In this document: piece by piece, positions 47,062 through 55,992 of the stretch | Layout: each line of letters opens with the position of its first letter | Numbering within the stretch: the first letter of the stretch is position 1 | Assembly: GCA_963665145.1 (NCBI GenBank) | Contig: OY762064.1 | Location: 1,588,239-1,652,238 of the forward strand | DNA from: Gammaproteobacteria bacterium | GTDB lineage: Bacteria; Pseudomonadota; Gammaproteobacteria; Steroidobacterales; Foliamicaceae | Length of the DNA stretch: 64,000 nt | Direction of reading: 5' to 3' | Made by a program: the position numbers and the translations under genes | Notes under the pieces: generated by a model | Told to the model about the DNA's origin: nothing | Seen by the model: only the letters and a program-made list of their open reading frames with translations | Database searches by the model: none

Positions 47062-47388
47062 ATGCAGGCGACACTCGCACCGCGCGGCGACGCGCGCACT
47101 TTTCTCACCCATTTCGTCGGCAGCGGTCTTGTTGACGACCGCTATGTCATCCAGCGGTACCGGTCCCAGGCGGACGGCGACATTGTTCCTGTCGACGCCA
47201 ATGGCGCCAGACCGAAGGGCCGGCACCGACCCCGCCCAACCATCGCCTCGCTGAAGGCGGTCGAAAAGCTGCGCCCGGCCCGCGACGAGATCATCATCGC
47301 GACGGGGATCAAGCTGCGCAATTGTGGAGTACAGATCTGGGGCTGGAGAAGTCTGGGTCTTTTCGTCGAGCGCCGCCAGAAGGGCTGA
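47062..47388 (+). CDS. conserved hypothetical protein (108 aa), module gene 1 copy 2
   Basis: Paralogue of 21686..22012 with the same length. Confidence 0.55.
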   Translation: MQATLAPRGDARTFLTHFVGSGLVDDRYVIQRYRSQADGDIVPVDANGARPKGRHRPRPTIASLKAVEKLRPARDEIIIATGIKLRNCGVQIWGWRSLGLFVERRQKG

Positions 47389-47473
47389 CCGGCACGCACC
47401 TGGGACGTGCCGCCGGCCCGCTGCCGGGGGGGCGTCCTGCCGTCCCGACTTCCACAGCTTCCGGAGACGCCAT

Positions 47474-48490
47474 ATGCCCTACAAGGATCCTGAGCGCCGG
47501 GCGCGCGACCGCGAGCGGATCGCACAGCGCACTGCCGAGCGTCTCGCCGCCGGCCTTTGTCCCAAGTGTGGTCAACGCCCACCCCAACCCGGGCGGCGTA
47601 ACTGCGCGCCCTGTGCCGAGAGGGCCCGTGCCGCCGGCCGTGCACGGGATGCACGATTGCGCGCCGCCGGCCAACCGCGGCGGAACAGGGAGCGGGCTCG
47701 CGCGTACGAGCGGGGGCGGGTCCGCCGGCAGGCCGCCGACCGTATCGCCCGGGGCGTCTGCACCAAGTGCGGGACAGAGCGTGCCGAGTCCGGCCTCCGC
47801 CTTTGCGCGCCCTGTGCTGAGAAACGCCGCGCATGGGACCGGGCCCGATACCGGGCGGGCAAAGCCGCCGGCGCGCTTTATGGCGGAGCCAATGTCGATG
47901 CAAAGCGCCGCATCGCCCGCATCGCCAGCGCGAAACGCCGCAACGCGCGCGTCGAAGCCGGCCTGTGCCGACGCTGCGGCCGCCAGCCTCCCGTCGAAGG
48001 CGGCGCCACCTGCGCGCCGTGCCGGGAGACCCGGCAGGCGGCGGAGCGCGCACTGTACGCATCCCGGAAGGCCGCCGGCCTTTGCACCCGCTGCGGGGGA
48101 CCGACAACCGACAGCGTTCCCCAGTGCGCGCCCTGCATCGTGCTCGAAGCCGAGCGCCGCCGGCCCGAGCACAAGAACGCCCGGAGCCGGCAACGGTACT
48201 GGGAACGGAGGGCGGCCAGCCGCTGCACGGACTGCAATGCGCCGAGCTTTGGAGCCTCGCGATGCCCCACGTGCGCCGAACGCTCGTACGAGCGCTCCGA
48301 CTTCTTCCGCGGCATCCCCGTGTGGGATCCCAGTTATACGGTGATCGAACTTGCCACGGGGGAGACTCACGGCCCGTTCGATTCCGAAGCCGAAGCCGTC
48401 GCCGAGCTGGCCTTCGCCGGCCTTTCGTTCGACGAGGTCGAGATCGTCAACGACGCGCCGGTCACGGCGCGGCTGACCGGCTGGGCCTGA
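47474..48490 (+). CDS. five-fold tandem zinc-ribbon repeat protein, copy 2
   Basis: ATG 47474 (MPYKDPERRARDRERIAQR..). The five CxxC..CxxC units are CPKCG/CAPC, CTKCG/CAPC, CRRCG/CAPC, CTRCG/CAPC and CTDCN/CPTC. Confidence 0.6.
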   Translation: MPYKDPERRARDRERIAQRTAERLAAGLCPKCGQRPPQPGRRNCAPCAERARAAGRARDARLRAAGQPRRNRERARAYERGRVRRQAADRIARGVCTKCGTERAESGLRLCAPCAEKRRAWDRARYRAGKAAGALYGGANVDAKRRIARIASAKRRNARVEAGLCRRCGRQPPVEGGATCAPCRETRQAAERALYASRKAAGLCTRCGGPTTDSVPQCAPCIVLEAERRRPEHKNARSRQRYWERRAASRCTDCNAPSFGASRCPTCAERSYERSDFFRGIPVWDPSYTVIELATGETHGPFDSEAEAVAELAFAGLSFDEVEIVNDAPVTARLTGWA

Positions 48491-48536
48491 GCGGTCCTCA
48501 TTCGTCGGGCGGGGGGTCCTGAGTTCGAGGATAGCG

Positions 48537-48575
48537 CGTGCCGGGCGAACGCCCGGGAGAGGAGAGGGAGAAGGG
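48537..48575 (+). promoter_or_regulatory. conserved leader element B (hairpin + polypurine tract)
   Basis: Near-identical to 23641-23679. It ends 37 nt before ATG 48613. Confidence 0.35.
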
Positions 48576-48612
48576 CTCCCCGTCCCGGGCGGACCCACGA
48601 AGGAGGTATCCC

Positions 48613-48789
48613 ATGTTCACACCCGACACCGACTACGACCCCATCCCCGCAGCCACCGGCCAATTGCTGAACGACCTCGGCATTGACGTAAACGCCGTGC
48701 GAGAGACTCTCGCCGACGACCGGGCCCGGCGCTGTCCCGAACACGAGGTCCGGGAAATCGAGAGTTGGAGGGAAGCAAGAGAAGGATGA
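48613..48789 (+). CDS. conserved small protein (58 aa), copy 2
   Basis: GAAGGAGG lies before the ATG. Paralogue of 23719..23895. Confidence 0.5.
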   Translation: MFTPDTDYDPIPAATGQLLNDLGIDVNAVRETLADDRARRCPEHEVREIESWREAREG

Positions 48790-48870
48790 GCGGACGAGGG
48801 TCCGGAGAGAGACTCCGGTTCCCGGCCGTTCGCCCACCCATCGTCATTACGTAGCAGAAGGAGAATCAAC

Positions 48871-49329
48871 ATGAGTTTTGGATTGAATCGCGCGGAAGTC
48901 ATCGGCCGCCTTGGCGCTGACGTCACGGTCAACCACCTGGTATCGGGGGGCCGTGTGGCCAACCTCAGCATCGCCACCGACGAGTCGTACATCGACAAAG
49001 GCGGCGAGCGCGTCGACAAGACCGAGTGGCACCGCATCGTTACCTTCCAGCCCGGGCTGGTGGACATGCTGGTCAAGAACGCGAGGAAGGGCCGGCTAGT
49101 CTACGTCGCGGGCAAGCTGCAGACGCGGCGCTGGCGCAAGGACGGCGAGGACGCCGACCGATTCTCGACCGAGATCCTCCTGGCGCCCGGTTCGCGGGTC
49201 CAGTTCCTGGACCGACCGAACGGCAATAGTGCGGCGACCGAAGCCGGCGAGCCGGCCAACGGTTCCGCCATGCCGGCGGACGCCACGGCGCAGGCGGACG
49301 GCAGGCAGGGCGATCAGATCCCCTTCTGA
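48871..49329 (+). CDS. ssb: single-stranded DNA-binding protein, copy 2
   Basis: 152 aa. The OB-fold region is nearly identical by eye to copy 1, and the C-terminal tip is ..GDQIPF. Confidence 0.85.
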   Translation: MSFGLNRAEVIGRLGADVTVNHLVSGGRVANLSIATDESYIDKGGERVDKTEWHRIVTFQPGLVDMLVKNARKGRLVYVAGKLQTRRWRKDGEDADRFSTEILLAPGSRVQFLDRPNGNSAATEAGEPANGSAMPADATAQADGRQGDQIPF

Positions 49330-49352
49330 TCTCGCTTCCGCTTACGCCCGAA

Positions 49353-49385
49353 GGGGGCCGGTGCTTCGTCGCCGGTCCCCTTTTT
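49353..49385 (+). terminator. Rho-independent terminator after ssb copy 2
   Basis: GGGGGCCGGTG-cttcgt-CGCCGGTCCCC is an 11-bp stem with two G-U pairs, followed by TTTTT. Confidence 0.7.
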
Positions 49386-49464
49386 CATGCAGGCGGCTTC
49401 GAGCCCGCACCGCACCGTTCGGGATTCGCAACCGTCTATGCGGGGGAGGAGGAGAGTAGCTCGG

Positions 49465-49495
49465 CCACGGCGAACCGCGCGGAGAGGAGAGGGAG
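49465..49495 (+). promoter_or_regulatory. conserved leader element C (partial hairpin + AGAGGAGAGGGAG)
   Basis: A third copy of the polypurine leader. It ends 37 nt before ATG 49533. Confidence 0.3.
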
Positions 49496-49532
49496 TACCG
49501 CCGCGCCCGCATCGGACCACCGGGAGAAACCC

Positions 49533-49760
49533 ATGAGCGACGTCACCTTCAAGCGGGCCGGCCCGCACGAATCCCGCATCTACACAGACGGCGACTGCAT
49601 CGGCGACATCTATCGCATGGACGACATCCTCCGCCCGGGTGTGCATGTCTACGTCATTCACTTGTTCGAGGACTGGCGGGGACCGAAGCGCGTCCACGAC
49701 CGGCGGCGCATCCGCGAGGTGGCCCAGCACCTGCTCGATACGCACCCGTTCTACGGGTAA
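49533..49760 (+). CDS. small hypothetical protein (75 aa) present only in module copy 2
   Basis: It is preceded by the same leader element as the 58-aa genes. No family was recognised. Confidence 0.4.
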   Translation: MSDVTFKRAGPHESRIYTDGDCIGDIYRMDDILRPGVHVYVIHLFEDWRGPKRVHDRRRIREVAQHLLDTHPFYG

Positions 49761-50048
49761 CCGGAGTGGAATAAAGCGTTGCGTTCCAGATCGGCAGCGC
49801 CAGCCTGCTGCGCACTGGGTTTGCGGGAAGAGAACGGGGTCGTGAAACCAAAAAGCTCCTCCCGACATAGGCCCATTGTCACACACGTGCTCACTGCGCC
49901 AACCCCTTCGGGGTCCTCCACTGTGTTCCGGCCGCTTCGCGGTGACTCCGCTGCGCGCGCGTGAGACAACAAACCTATGTCGGGAAACGCTCTTCCGGCA
50001 ATGCGGGCCATCGGGCCCAACTCTCAACTTCGTTAAGGAGACACTCTA

Positions 50049-50966
50049 ATGTTCAATTACGACACCCATCAAGCCATCTCCCCCACCGCCGTCATCTGCG
50101 AGAACGCCGCGCTCTACGGCGCAAAGCCCGAACGAGGCGAGCACGACCCCAGGGCCATCTGGGACCGCGACGGCGCCATAGACGCTGCGACGCAGGCGTT
50201 CGCGATCCTGGCCGAGGGCATCGCCCCCGACGGGGTGCAGCTGGCCGACGAACGAGAGAGCCTGCTCTGGGGCATCGTCAACGCCTTCGACGCCCAGGTG
50301 AGAAGGCTCGACCGCAGCGTCGATAAGCTCATCCCCCAACTGCGCGACCTCGAACGCGCCCAGGACGGCACCGAGATCAACGCCCGAGAGTTGGAACTGC
50401 GCACCGAGCGCGCGCAACACCTCGGGGACCGGCGCGACGCCTTCGAGGCAATGCGCGACGCGCTGGCCGAGCAGTACCGCGACAACACGGGCAGCACCTG
50501 GCGCCCGCGGCGCGGCAGCCACGTCAGCCACACCGGCAAGCTGACCTCCGCGGCGATCGACGCCCGCGACTTCCGCCGCGCGAAGAAGGACCGCGAGATG
50601 AACGCGCACCTGCCCGACGGCACGCTGGTCGCCATCACCGGCGGCAAGACCGTCACGGACTGCGACGCCGTCAACCGCAGCCTCGACCGCGTCCGCGCCA
50701 AGTACCGTGACATGGTGCTGGTGCACGGCGGCGGACCCGGCGTGGAGAAGATCGCCGCGCAGTGGGCCGAACGCAACGAAGTGCACCAGGTCGTGTGCAA
50801 GCCGGACTGGAACCGTCACGGACGGGCCGCACCGTTCCGCCGCAACGACGAGCTGCTCAATCTCCTGCCCAAGGGCGTCATCGCCTTCCCCGGCTCAGGC
50901 ATCACCGACAACCTCATCGACAAGGCCACCTCACTCGGCATCCCCGTCCAGAAGATCGCGGCGTAG
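50049..50966 (+). CDS. N-terminal helical domain + DUF2493 (SLOG-like) fusion, copy 2
   Basis: 305 aa. Paralogue of 24792..25718 with a near-identical C-terminal domain. Confidence 0.7.
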   Translation: MFNYDTHQAISPTAVICENAALYGAKPERGEHDPRAIWDRDGAIDAATQAFAILAEGIAPDGVQLADERESLLWGIVNAFDAQVRRLDRSVDKLIPQLRDLERAQDGTEINARELELRTERAQHLGDRRDAFEAMRDALAEQYRDNTGSTWRPRRGSHVSHTGKLTSAAIDARDFRRAKKDREMNAHLPDGTLVAITGGKTVTDCDAVNRSLDRVRAKYRDMVLVHGGGPGVEKIAAQWAERNEVHQVVCKPDWNRHGRAAPFRRNDELLNLLPKGVIAFPGSGITDNLIDKATSLGIPVQKIAA

Positions 50967-51679
50967 TCCGCGACCCGCCAACGGGCCGCGCCGACCCGCT
51001 TGGCGCGGCCCGTTCCTCGATCCCGTCACAATCCAGCAGGGCGGCGCCACGCCTCACGGGTCCATGCACTTCGCACATCACCTGTGACGGCTTCGCCGTT
51101 CACCTCCATCCGCAGTGCCATCCGCACTGGTGCCGCAAATGGTGTCGATCGTCCCGCGGACGCTGCCGCCGCCGCGTCCGCCCGTGGGCTTCGCACGACG
51201 GCCGGCACCTCCGTCGGCATTGCCTACTTCGGCCCGTGCAACCGCAATCGCGTCCTCGCGGCTGACGCCGCGGTAACGTGTGTGTCATAGACCTCTGCGC
51301 GTGCGGTAACAGGTGAACGCCGATATCTTCCCCAGCAACACCACCGCTGTCCACGTTCCCTGCTGCGCTGAGGGAACATGTGCAACGCGTCCACTGGGTG
51401 TGCGGAACATGTGAGACGAATCTTCTGCGCTGAGGGAACAATCCGGGTCCGCGCCCGCAACCGGTGCGCCCTGTGTGATGCACAGCACCGCGCCCTTCCG
51501 TTGCGCGCCCCGTTCTGTTACCTTGGCCCGCGAACGGCAACGCGGAACGTGCTCGATGATCGCGGTCCGGTCGTCTCGCTCAATCGCCGCGGCGGCTCCA
51601 AATCCTTGATTTGCCGGCGTTTCAGGCGGTGGTGGTGTGCAGGGCTCCTTTGCCCAATTTCGACTCCATTCGGAGTTTT

Positions 51680-51697
51680 ACCGTCACACCCCACGCA
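51680..51697 (+). repeat. 18-bp exact direct repeat ACCGTCACACCCCACGCA (right copy)
   Basis: Identical to 26514-26531. Confidence 0.9.
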
Positions 51698-51788
51698 GTT
51701 CCTCTGCGGTGTGTGCCAAGCGCGCGCCTGTCCCGCAGTCCTGTGCGATCTCAGCGATATGGAACGCCTCGGCGTTGATGGGCCGAGT

Positions 51789-51905
51789 GTATGCTCTGAG
51801 CATACGCGGGGATTTCCTCTGTGTTCCAAGGACTTGCGGAATGACGTATGCTGACAGCATACGTTTCCTTTAAGGGCCGATCCTATGTGTATGCTCATGG
51901 CATAC
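51789..51905. promoter_or_regulatory. three palindromic GTATGC-N5-GCATAC sites (operator array or oriT-like) upstream of the MobC-like gene
   Basis: The sites are 51789-51805 GTATGCTCTGAGCATAC, 51844-51864 ACGTATGCTGACAGCATACGT (a perfect 21-bp palindrome) and 51889-51905 GTATGCTCATGGCATAC. Confidence 0.55.
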
Positions 51906-52000
51906 CCATAAATGGGTCCTGCAAAGACAGTTCAAGCCGTCAGCTGCGATGATCGCGGCCGCGTTCAGCCCTGCGAGTGCACCACTTTGGAGGCAAGTCC

Positions 52001-52390
52001 ATGAACGAAAACGAGTCCGAAAATGCAAAGTCCGACCAGATTCCAGCCGGAAAACAGCCCCAACCGCGAGTGCCCCGCTCCATCCGGTTCTCCGATTCCG
52101 AGTGGGCTTGTATCGAAAAGGAAGCCAAGGCCCGCGGAATGACCGCTGCGGAGTTTGTGCGCCACGCCGCGGTCAGCCTCACCGCTGGCACGCTCAGTCA
52201 GAATCCTCCACAGCTCCCGCCGGAAATCGTCGCCCAGGTCGAGCGTATCTATCGCGGCGTCTATCTGATCTCCACGCTCAAACGCGACGAAATGATCCGC
52301 GCGGGACGGCAGGACGAATGCGACCAGATCACAAAGAACGCCCGGGATTCGCAGGATTCAATCCGGAATGCGGCTTCGGCGCAAAGTTGA
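52001..52390 (+). CDS. ribbon-helix-helix protein, MobC-like (relaxosome accessory / regulator)
   Basis: GGAGG lies before ATG 52001. RSIRFSDSEWACIEKEAKARGMTAAEFVRHAAV fits the MobC/RHH_1 pattern. Confidence 0.55.
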   Translation: MNENESENAKSDQIPAGKQPQPRVPRSIRFSDSEWACIEKEAKARGMTAAEFVRHAAVSLTAGTLSQNPPQLPPEIVAQVERIYRGVYLISTLKRDEMIRAGRQDECDQITKNARDSQDSIRNAASAQS

Positions 52391-52439
52391 TTACCGGTGG
52401 ACAGCATAGCGTAGTGGCGCCCCGACGCCCGGCGACTCC

Positions 52440-52655
52440 TCAGCTATCAGCCCGCTCATAAGGTCCCAGCAAGCGTTCGCCCTCAAAGTGAATGACATGA
52501 GTGGGCGCATCCGCGCACCAAATTTCCTTCTCCCGGGAGATGTCCACGAGATATCGATCCATCACTCCGCAATCTTGAAGGGCTGTGACGTAGACCAGAC
52601 CTGGTGGCGCCTCAGAGAACAAGTTGGCCAGCTCGTTGTGGCGTTTTGCGTCCAC
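52440..52655 (-). CDS. hypothetical small protein (71 aa)
   Basis: An ORF with no recognisable family in a moderate-GC region. Confidence 0.25.
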   Translation of the reverse strand: MDAKRHNELANLFSEAPPGLVYVTALQDCGVMDRYLVDISREKEIWCADAPTHVIHFEGERLLGPYERADS

Positions 52656-52906
52656 CGGCCCGTTCCCTGACCTCCAACAAATAACGCTTCGCTTTGTTCA
52701 TAGCCCGGAAGTGCCCACCAAACCGGGGCACTCCAACTCGTACAAAAACTCTCCACAAGACTCTTGACATGACCGTATGCCCAACTCAAAATATGGCCAC
52801 ATTCGCCCCTTGGCAGTACGTCGCGCCCCCAGCCTGCCGCTTCGGATTTTGGTTGGTGATCATGGTTGTGGCCGATCCCTTGGGGCTTTTTTCTTGACTT
52901 GCCTAT

Positions 52907-54098
52907 CTAGCAGCCTGTTGAAAAAGTCGGATTGACGGATAATACGGTAACGGACGGTTGAGGGTTGTTGAGATGCGTGGTGCGGTTGATTCTCAGGTGG
53001 CGATGTTCAGCTATGTGGACTTGGAGTCGCGGATTTCGGCCCGGCATCCGATTCGTTTGATTCGTCGGATTGTGGATGAGGCTTTGAGGGAGATGGAGCC
53101 GGCTTTTGCGCGGATGTATGCGGATCGAGGCCGGCCTTCGATTCCGCCGGAGCATTTGCTTCGCGCGCTGCTGTTGCAGGTTTTGTATACGGTTCGCTCC
53201 GAGCGTTTGCTGATGGAGCGGATTGATCATGATTTGCTGTTCCGCTGGTTTGTGGGCTTGGGGATGGACGATCCGGTATGGGACCACTCGACCTTTTCGA
53301 AGAACCGGGACCGGATGCTGGGTTTTGGATTGGACGGTCTTTTGTTTGAGGCGGTGAAGAGGCAAGGGCATGCCAAGCGGCTGCTGTCGCGGGATCATTT
53401 CAGCGTGGATGGGACGCTGATCGAAGCGTGCGCGTCGATGAAGTCGTTTCGGCCGAAGGACGAAGCGGACGGGGATGGCGGGGACTTTCATGGGCACAAG
53501 CGGCGTAACGCCACGCATGCTTCGGTCACGGACCCGGAGGCGCGGCTGTATCGCAAGGGCCAAGGCAAGGAGGCCAAGCTAAGTTTCATGGGTCATGTGC
53601 TCACGGAGAACCGCAGTGGTTTGATTGTGGGCGCGGCGGTGACGAAGGCGGGGGGGCGCGAGGAATGGAAGGCGGCGCTGGCGTTGTTGTCCAAGCAGCC
53701 TCGACGTTCGCATCGCACGGTGGGGGCGGACAAGGGCTACGATGTGGATGCATTTGTCACACCCTGCCGCGAGCTGGGGGTCACGCCGCATGTGGCAGCG
53801 CGGCGCTCGGGGGGCGGATTGACGGCCGAACGACGCGTCACGCCGGTTACCGGGTGAGCCAGCGCAAGCGCAAGCAGGTGGAGGAGCCGTTCGGCTGGAT
53901 GAAGACCTACGGCTTGCTCGGCAAGCTGCGCCACCGCGGGCTGGCGGAACTCGGCGATATGTTCATCGAGCGCCCGACGGGTGGATGGAAAAGCGGTGGA
54001 CACACCCAATGGCGAAATCTCTCGACGGCACGGCTGTCGCTCCGTTCCCAACAGCATCACAACTCGACCAAAATCAGCGTTTTTCAACAGGCTGCTAG
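52907..54098 (+). mobile_element. IS5-family insertion sequence with 19-bp perfect terminal inverted repeats
   Basis: IRL is 52907-52925 CTAGCAGCCTGTTGAAAAA and IRR is 54080-54098 TTTTTCAACAGGCTGCTAG. It encloses a DUF772 + DDE transposase reading frame. Confidence 0.8.
52973..54060 (+). pseudogene. IS5-family transposase, frameshifted at a G6 run (53809-53814) and degenerate at the 3' end
   Basis: Frame A reads MRGAVDSQVAMFSYVDLESRI...HVAARRSGG. It continues in another frame as ..IDGRTTRHAGYRVSQRKRKQVEEPFGWMKT. The expected C-terminal block is not recovered in one frame. Confidence 0.7.
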
Positions 54099-54143
54099 GT
54101 GTTGGTACCCGCCTGTGGAGACCTCCCTCGATGTCAGACTTTC

Positions 54144-54450
54144 CTACGCTGAAAAATCGCGGCCCCCGCGTAGCGTTACCATCGGCGGCGCAAACGCATG
54201 CACCGCCATCGCATCGATTTCTCCCGGCCCCGGTATCTTCATCAGGCACCGCGGCTCCACTTGGTCACTCACAACGGATCGTATCCGCTTGTCGAGTTCG
54301 GCGATCCGGTCGACCGGCAATCCCGTAGCGGGCACCACCCGTTCAGGGAGCGTGGCCGCGTTCTCGGTGAACACCCGCCACAGTCGCTTGATGATGGCTG
54401 GGTCGCCTCCACTATCGCCGCCGCGTCGAGCGCATCGCTCTTCTGCCGGT
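54144..54450 (-). pseudogene. IS110-family transposase internal fragment
   Basis: The translation ..LMKIPGPGEIDAMAVHAFAPPMVTLRGGRDFSA is the helix-hairpin-helix block of IS110-family transposases. It abuts the IS5 right end, and no N- or C-terminal parts are present. Confidence 0.5.
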
Positions 54451-54578
54451 TCATCGACCTGCGCTCGTCGCCAAGCGCGCGGGACCTGGAATGCACTACG
54501 GGCGAATGGAATTGCCACTTTGAATGTCTGTCCCTGCGAACATATTTCACAATCCTGTCTCAATTCCGGGGTTACGAC

Positions 54579-55628
54579 ATGAAGATCGAGACTATCGCAG
54601 TAGCCGTTCCGTCGCGCCGAATATCCAACAAGGACGTGTTGGACAGAATCGGTTCCGAGAGCACGCTTTTGTCCACGTCCCAAATGACGGCAGTCAAGCG
54701 AAAGGTAAAGCGCATGCTTGAAATATCTGGATCAAAATATCGCTTCGTGCGAGATCTGACAGAGCACGAACAGGCGCATACGCTCATCTGTTCGGCTAGC
54801 GAGCAGAGCATGCAAGTTACGGAAGTGTCGCCATCAGAGATCGATGTGTTGATATATTGCGGAGTCGGACGGGGGCTTCTAGAGCCGGCTAATGCTTATG
54901 TTTACTCGGCAGAGTTCGCCATGTCTTGTCAGTGTTTTGACGTAGCCGATGGCTGTATGAGTTGGGTCCGAAGCGCCCAGGTGGCGTGGGGGTTGTTTCA
55001 GAGCGACGACGACGTGAATCGCGTGCTGGTGGTGAACGGCGAGTTCAACGCCTTCGAGCACGGATATCCTGACAATTTCAACATAGAGGAGCCAGGACAG
55101 CTTGATTACAAATTCCCGACCTATACTATAGGAGAGGCGGCTACAGCCACAATATTTTCTCGTTCGAACAGGGACTGGAGATTCCACTTCAGGACCATTC
55201 CGGAGTCTGTCGACTTGTGCAGTATCCCGTTACCTCGCTATGAGCAATTTGTGGGTCTGCGGCATCAAAAGATTGGCGTTGCCGGCACCTTGAACTTCGC
55301 GGCTTTCGGGTCAACGATGTTTGAAATCGCGGACAAAGCACTAGTCGAACTGGTCAATTACACTCTTCCAGGGGAGAGGGATGTCGATATCTTTTTCCCT
55401 CATGCAGCGTCAAGTAACTTCTACAAGCGCTTGCGTAAGAACCTCAACGTGAATCCGGCTTTGATATACACCGACGTATACCCGCGCTATGGCAACATTG
55501 TTTCTGCAACCATTCCTATGGCGATAAAGTGTGCAGTTGATGAAGGCAGGATGAGTCAGGGTGATATGGTGTGCCTTGCCCCCGCGAGTGCCGGTATGGT
55601 AGTGGCAACGTGTCTGTTCGAGTTCTAG
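54579..55628 (+). CDS. 3-oxoacyl-ACP synthase III (FabH-like KASIII)
   Basis: ATG 54579 (MKIETIAVAVPSRRISNKDV). Active-site Cys context is DVADGCMSW, the His region is FFPHAASSN and the Asn region is YGNIVSATIP. About 349 aa, visibly lower GC. Confidence 0.8.
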   Translation: MKIETIAVAVPSRRISNKDVLDRIGSESTLLSTSQMTAVKRKVKRMLEISGSKYRFVRDLTEHEQAHTLICSASEQSMQVTEVSPSEIDVLIYCGVGRGLLEPANAYVYSAEFAMSCQCFDVADGCMSWVRSAQVAWGLFQSDDDVNRVLVVNGEFNAFEHGYPDNFNIEEPGQLDYKFPTYTIGEAATATIFSRSNRDWRFHFRTIPESVDLCSIPLPRYEQFVGLRHQKIGVAGTLNFAAFGSTMFEIADKALVELVNYTLPGERDVDIFFPHAASSNFYKRLRKNLNVNPALIYTDVYPRYGNIVSATIPMAIKCAVDEGRMSQGDMVCLAPASAGMVVATCLFEF

Positions 55629-55992
55629 CAGCCCGTGGCAGAAATGACTTCTGATCGGATTCTGGTTGTTCCGGGGCGCGGGCGTTGGAGTGCGGTGCGC
55701 AACGACGAGAATTCGGGACTGTAAGTGGGCCACGGAAGGGTTTACCGCTCTGTCGCGTAAGGAACATGTGTAGGGCCTGACGTCCCCCCGGCATTTCGCG
55801 TATATAAAGGTCGTGCCCGGTGCGAGGCCGAAAGTTTCGTTGGTGTCAATGCACCCCGACTGTAAGTGTGGCCCGGACCGTGATCGGCTTGGAGTCCCTG
55901 ACGGCGCGGCTTGCCGCGACCTCGTATGTAAGAGTGAATTTCCAGCTGCGGTCCACCGGGCACGACCGGAGTGGATTGTCGGAGGTGAAAAG

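Larger units (their letters stand above)
46880..50970 (+). repeat. copy 2 of the five-gene conserved island module
   Basis: Collinear with 21480-25720. Boundaries are approximate. Confidence 0.8.
26514..51697 (+). mobile_element. candidate integrative element delimited by the 18-bp direct repeats (integrase pair 2 + defence cargo + module copy 2)
   Basis: Direct repeats lie at both ends. The integrases sit about 190 bp inside the left repeat, and the conserved module sits inside the right repeat. This is a hypothesis only. Confidence 0.4.
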
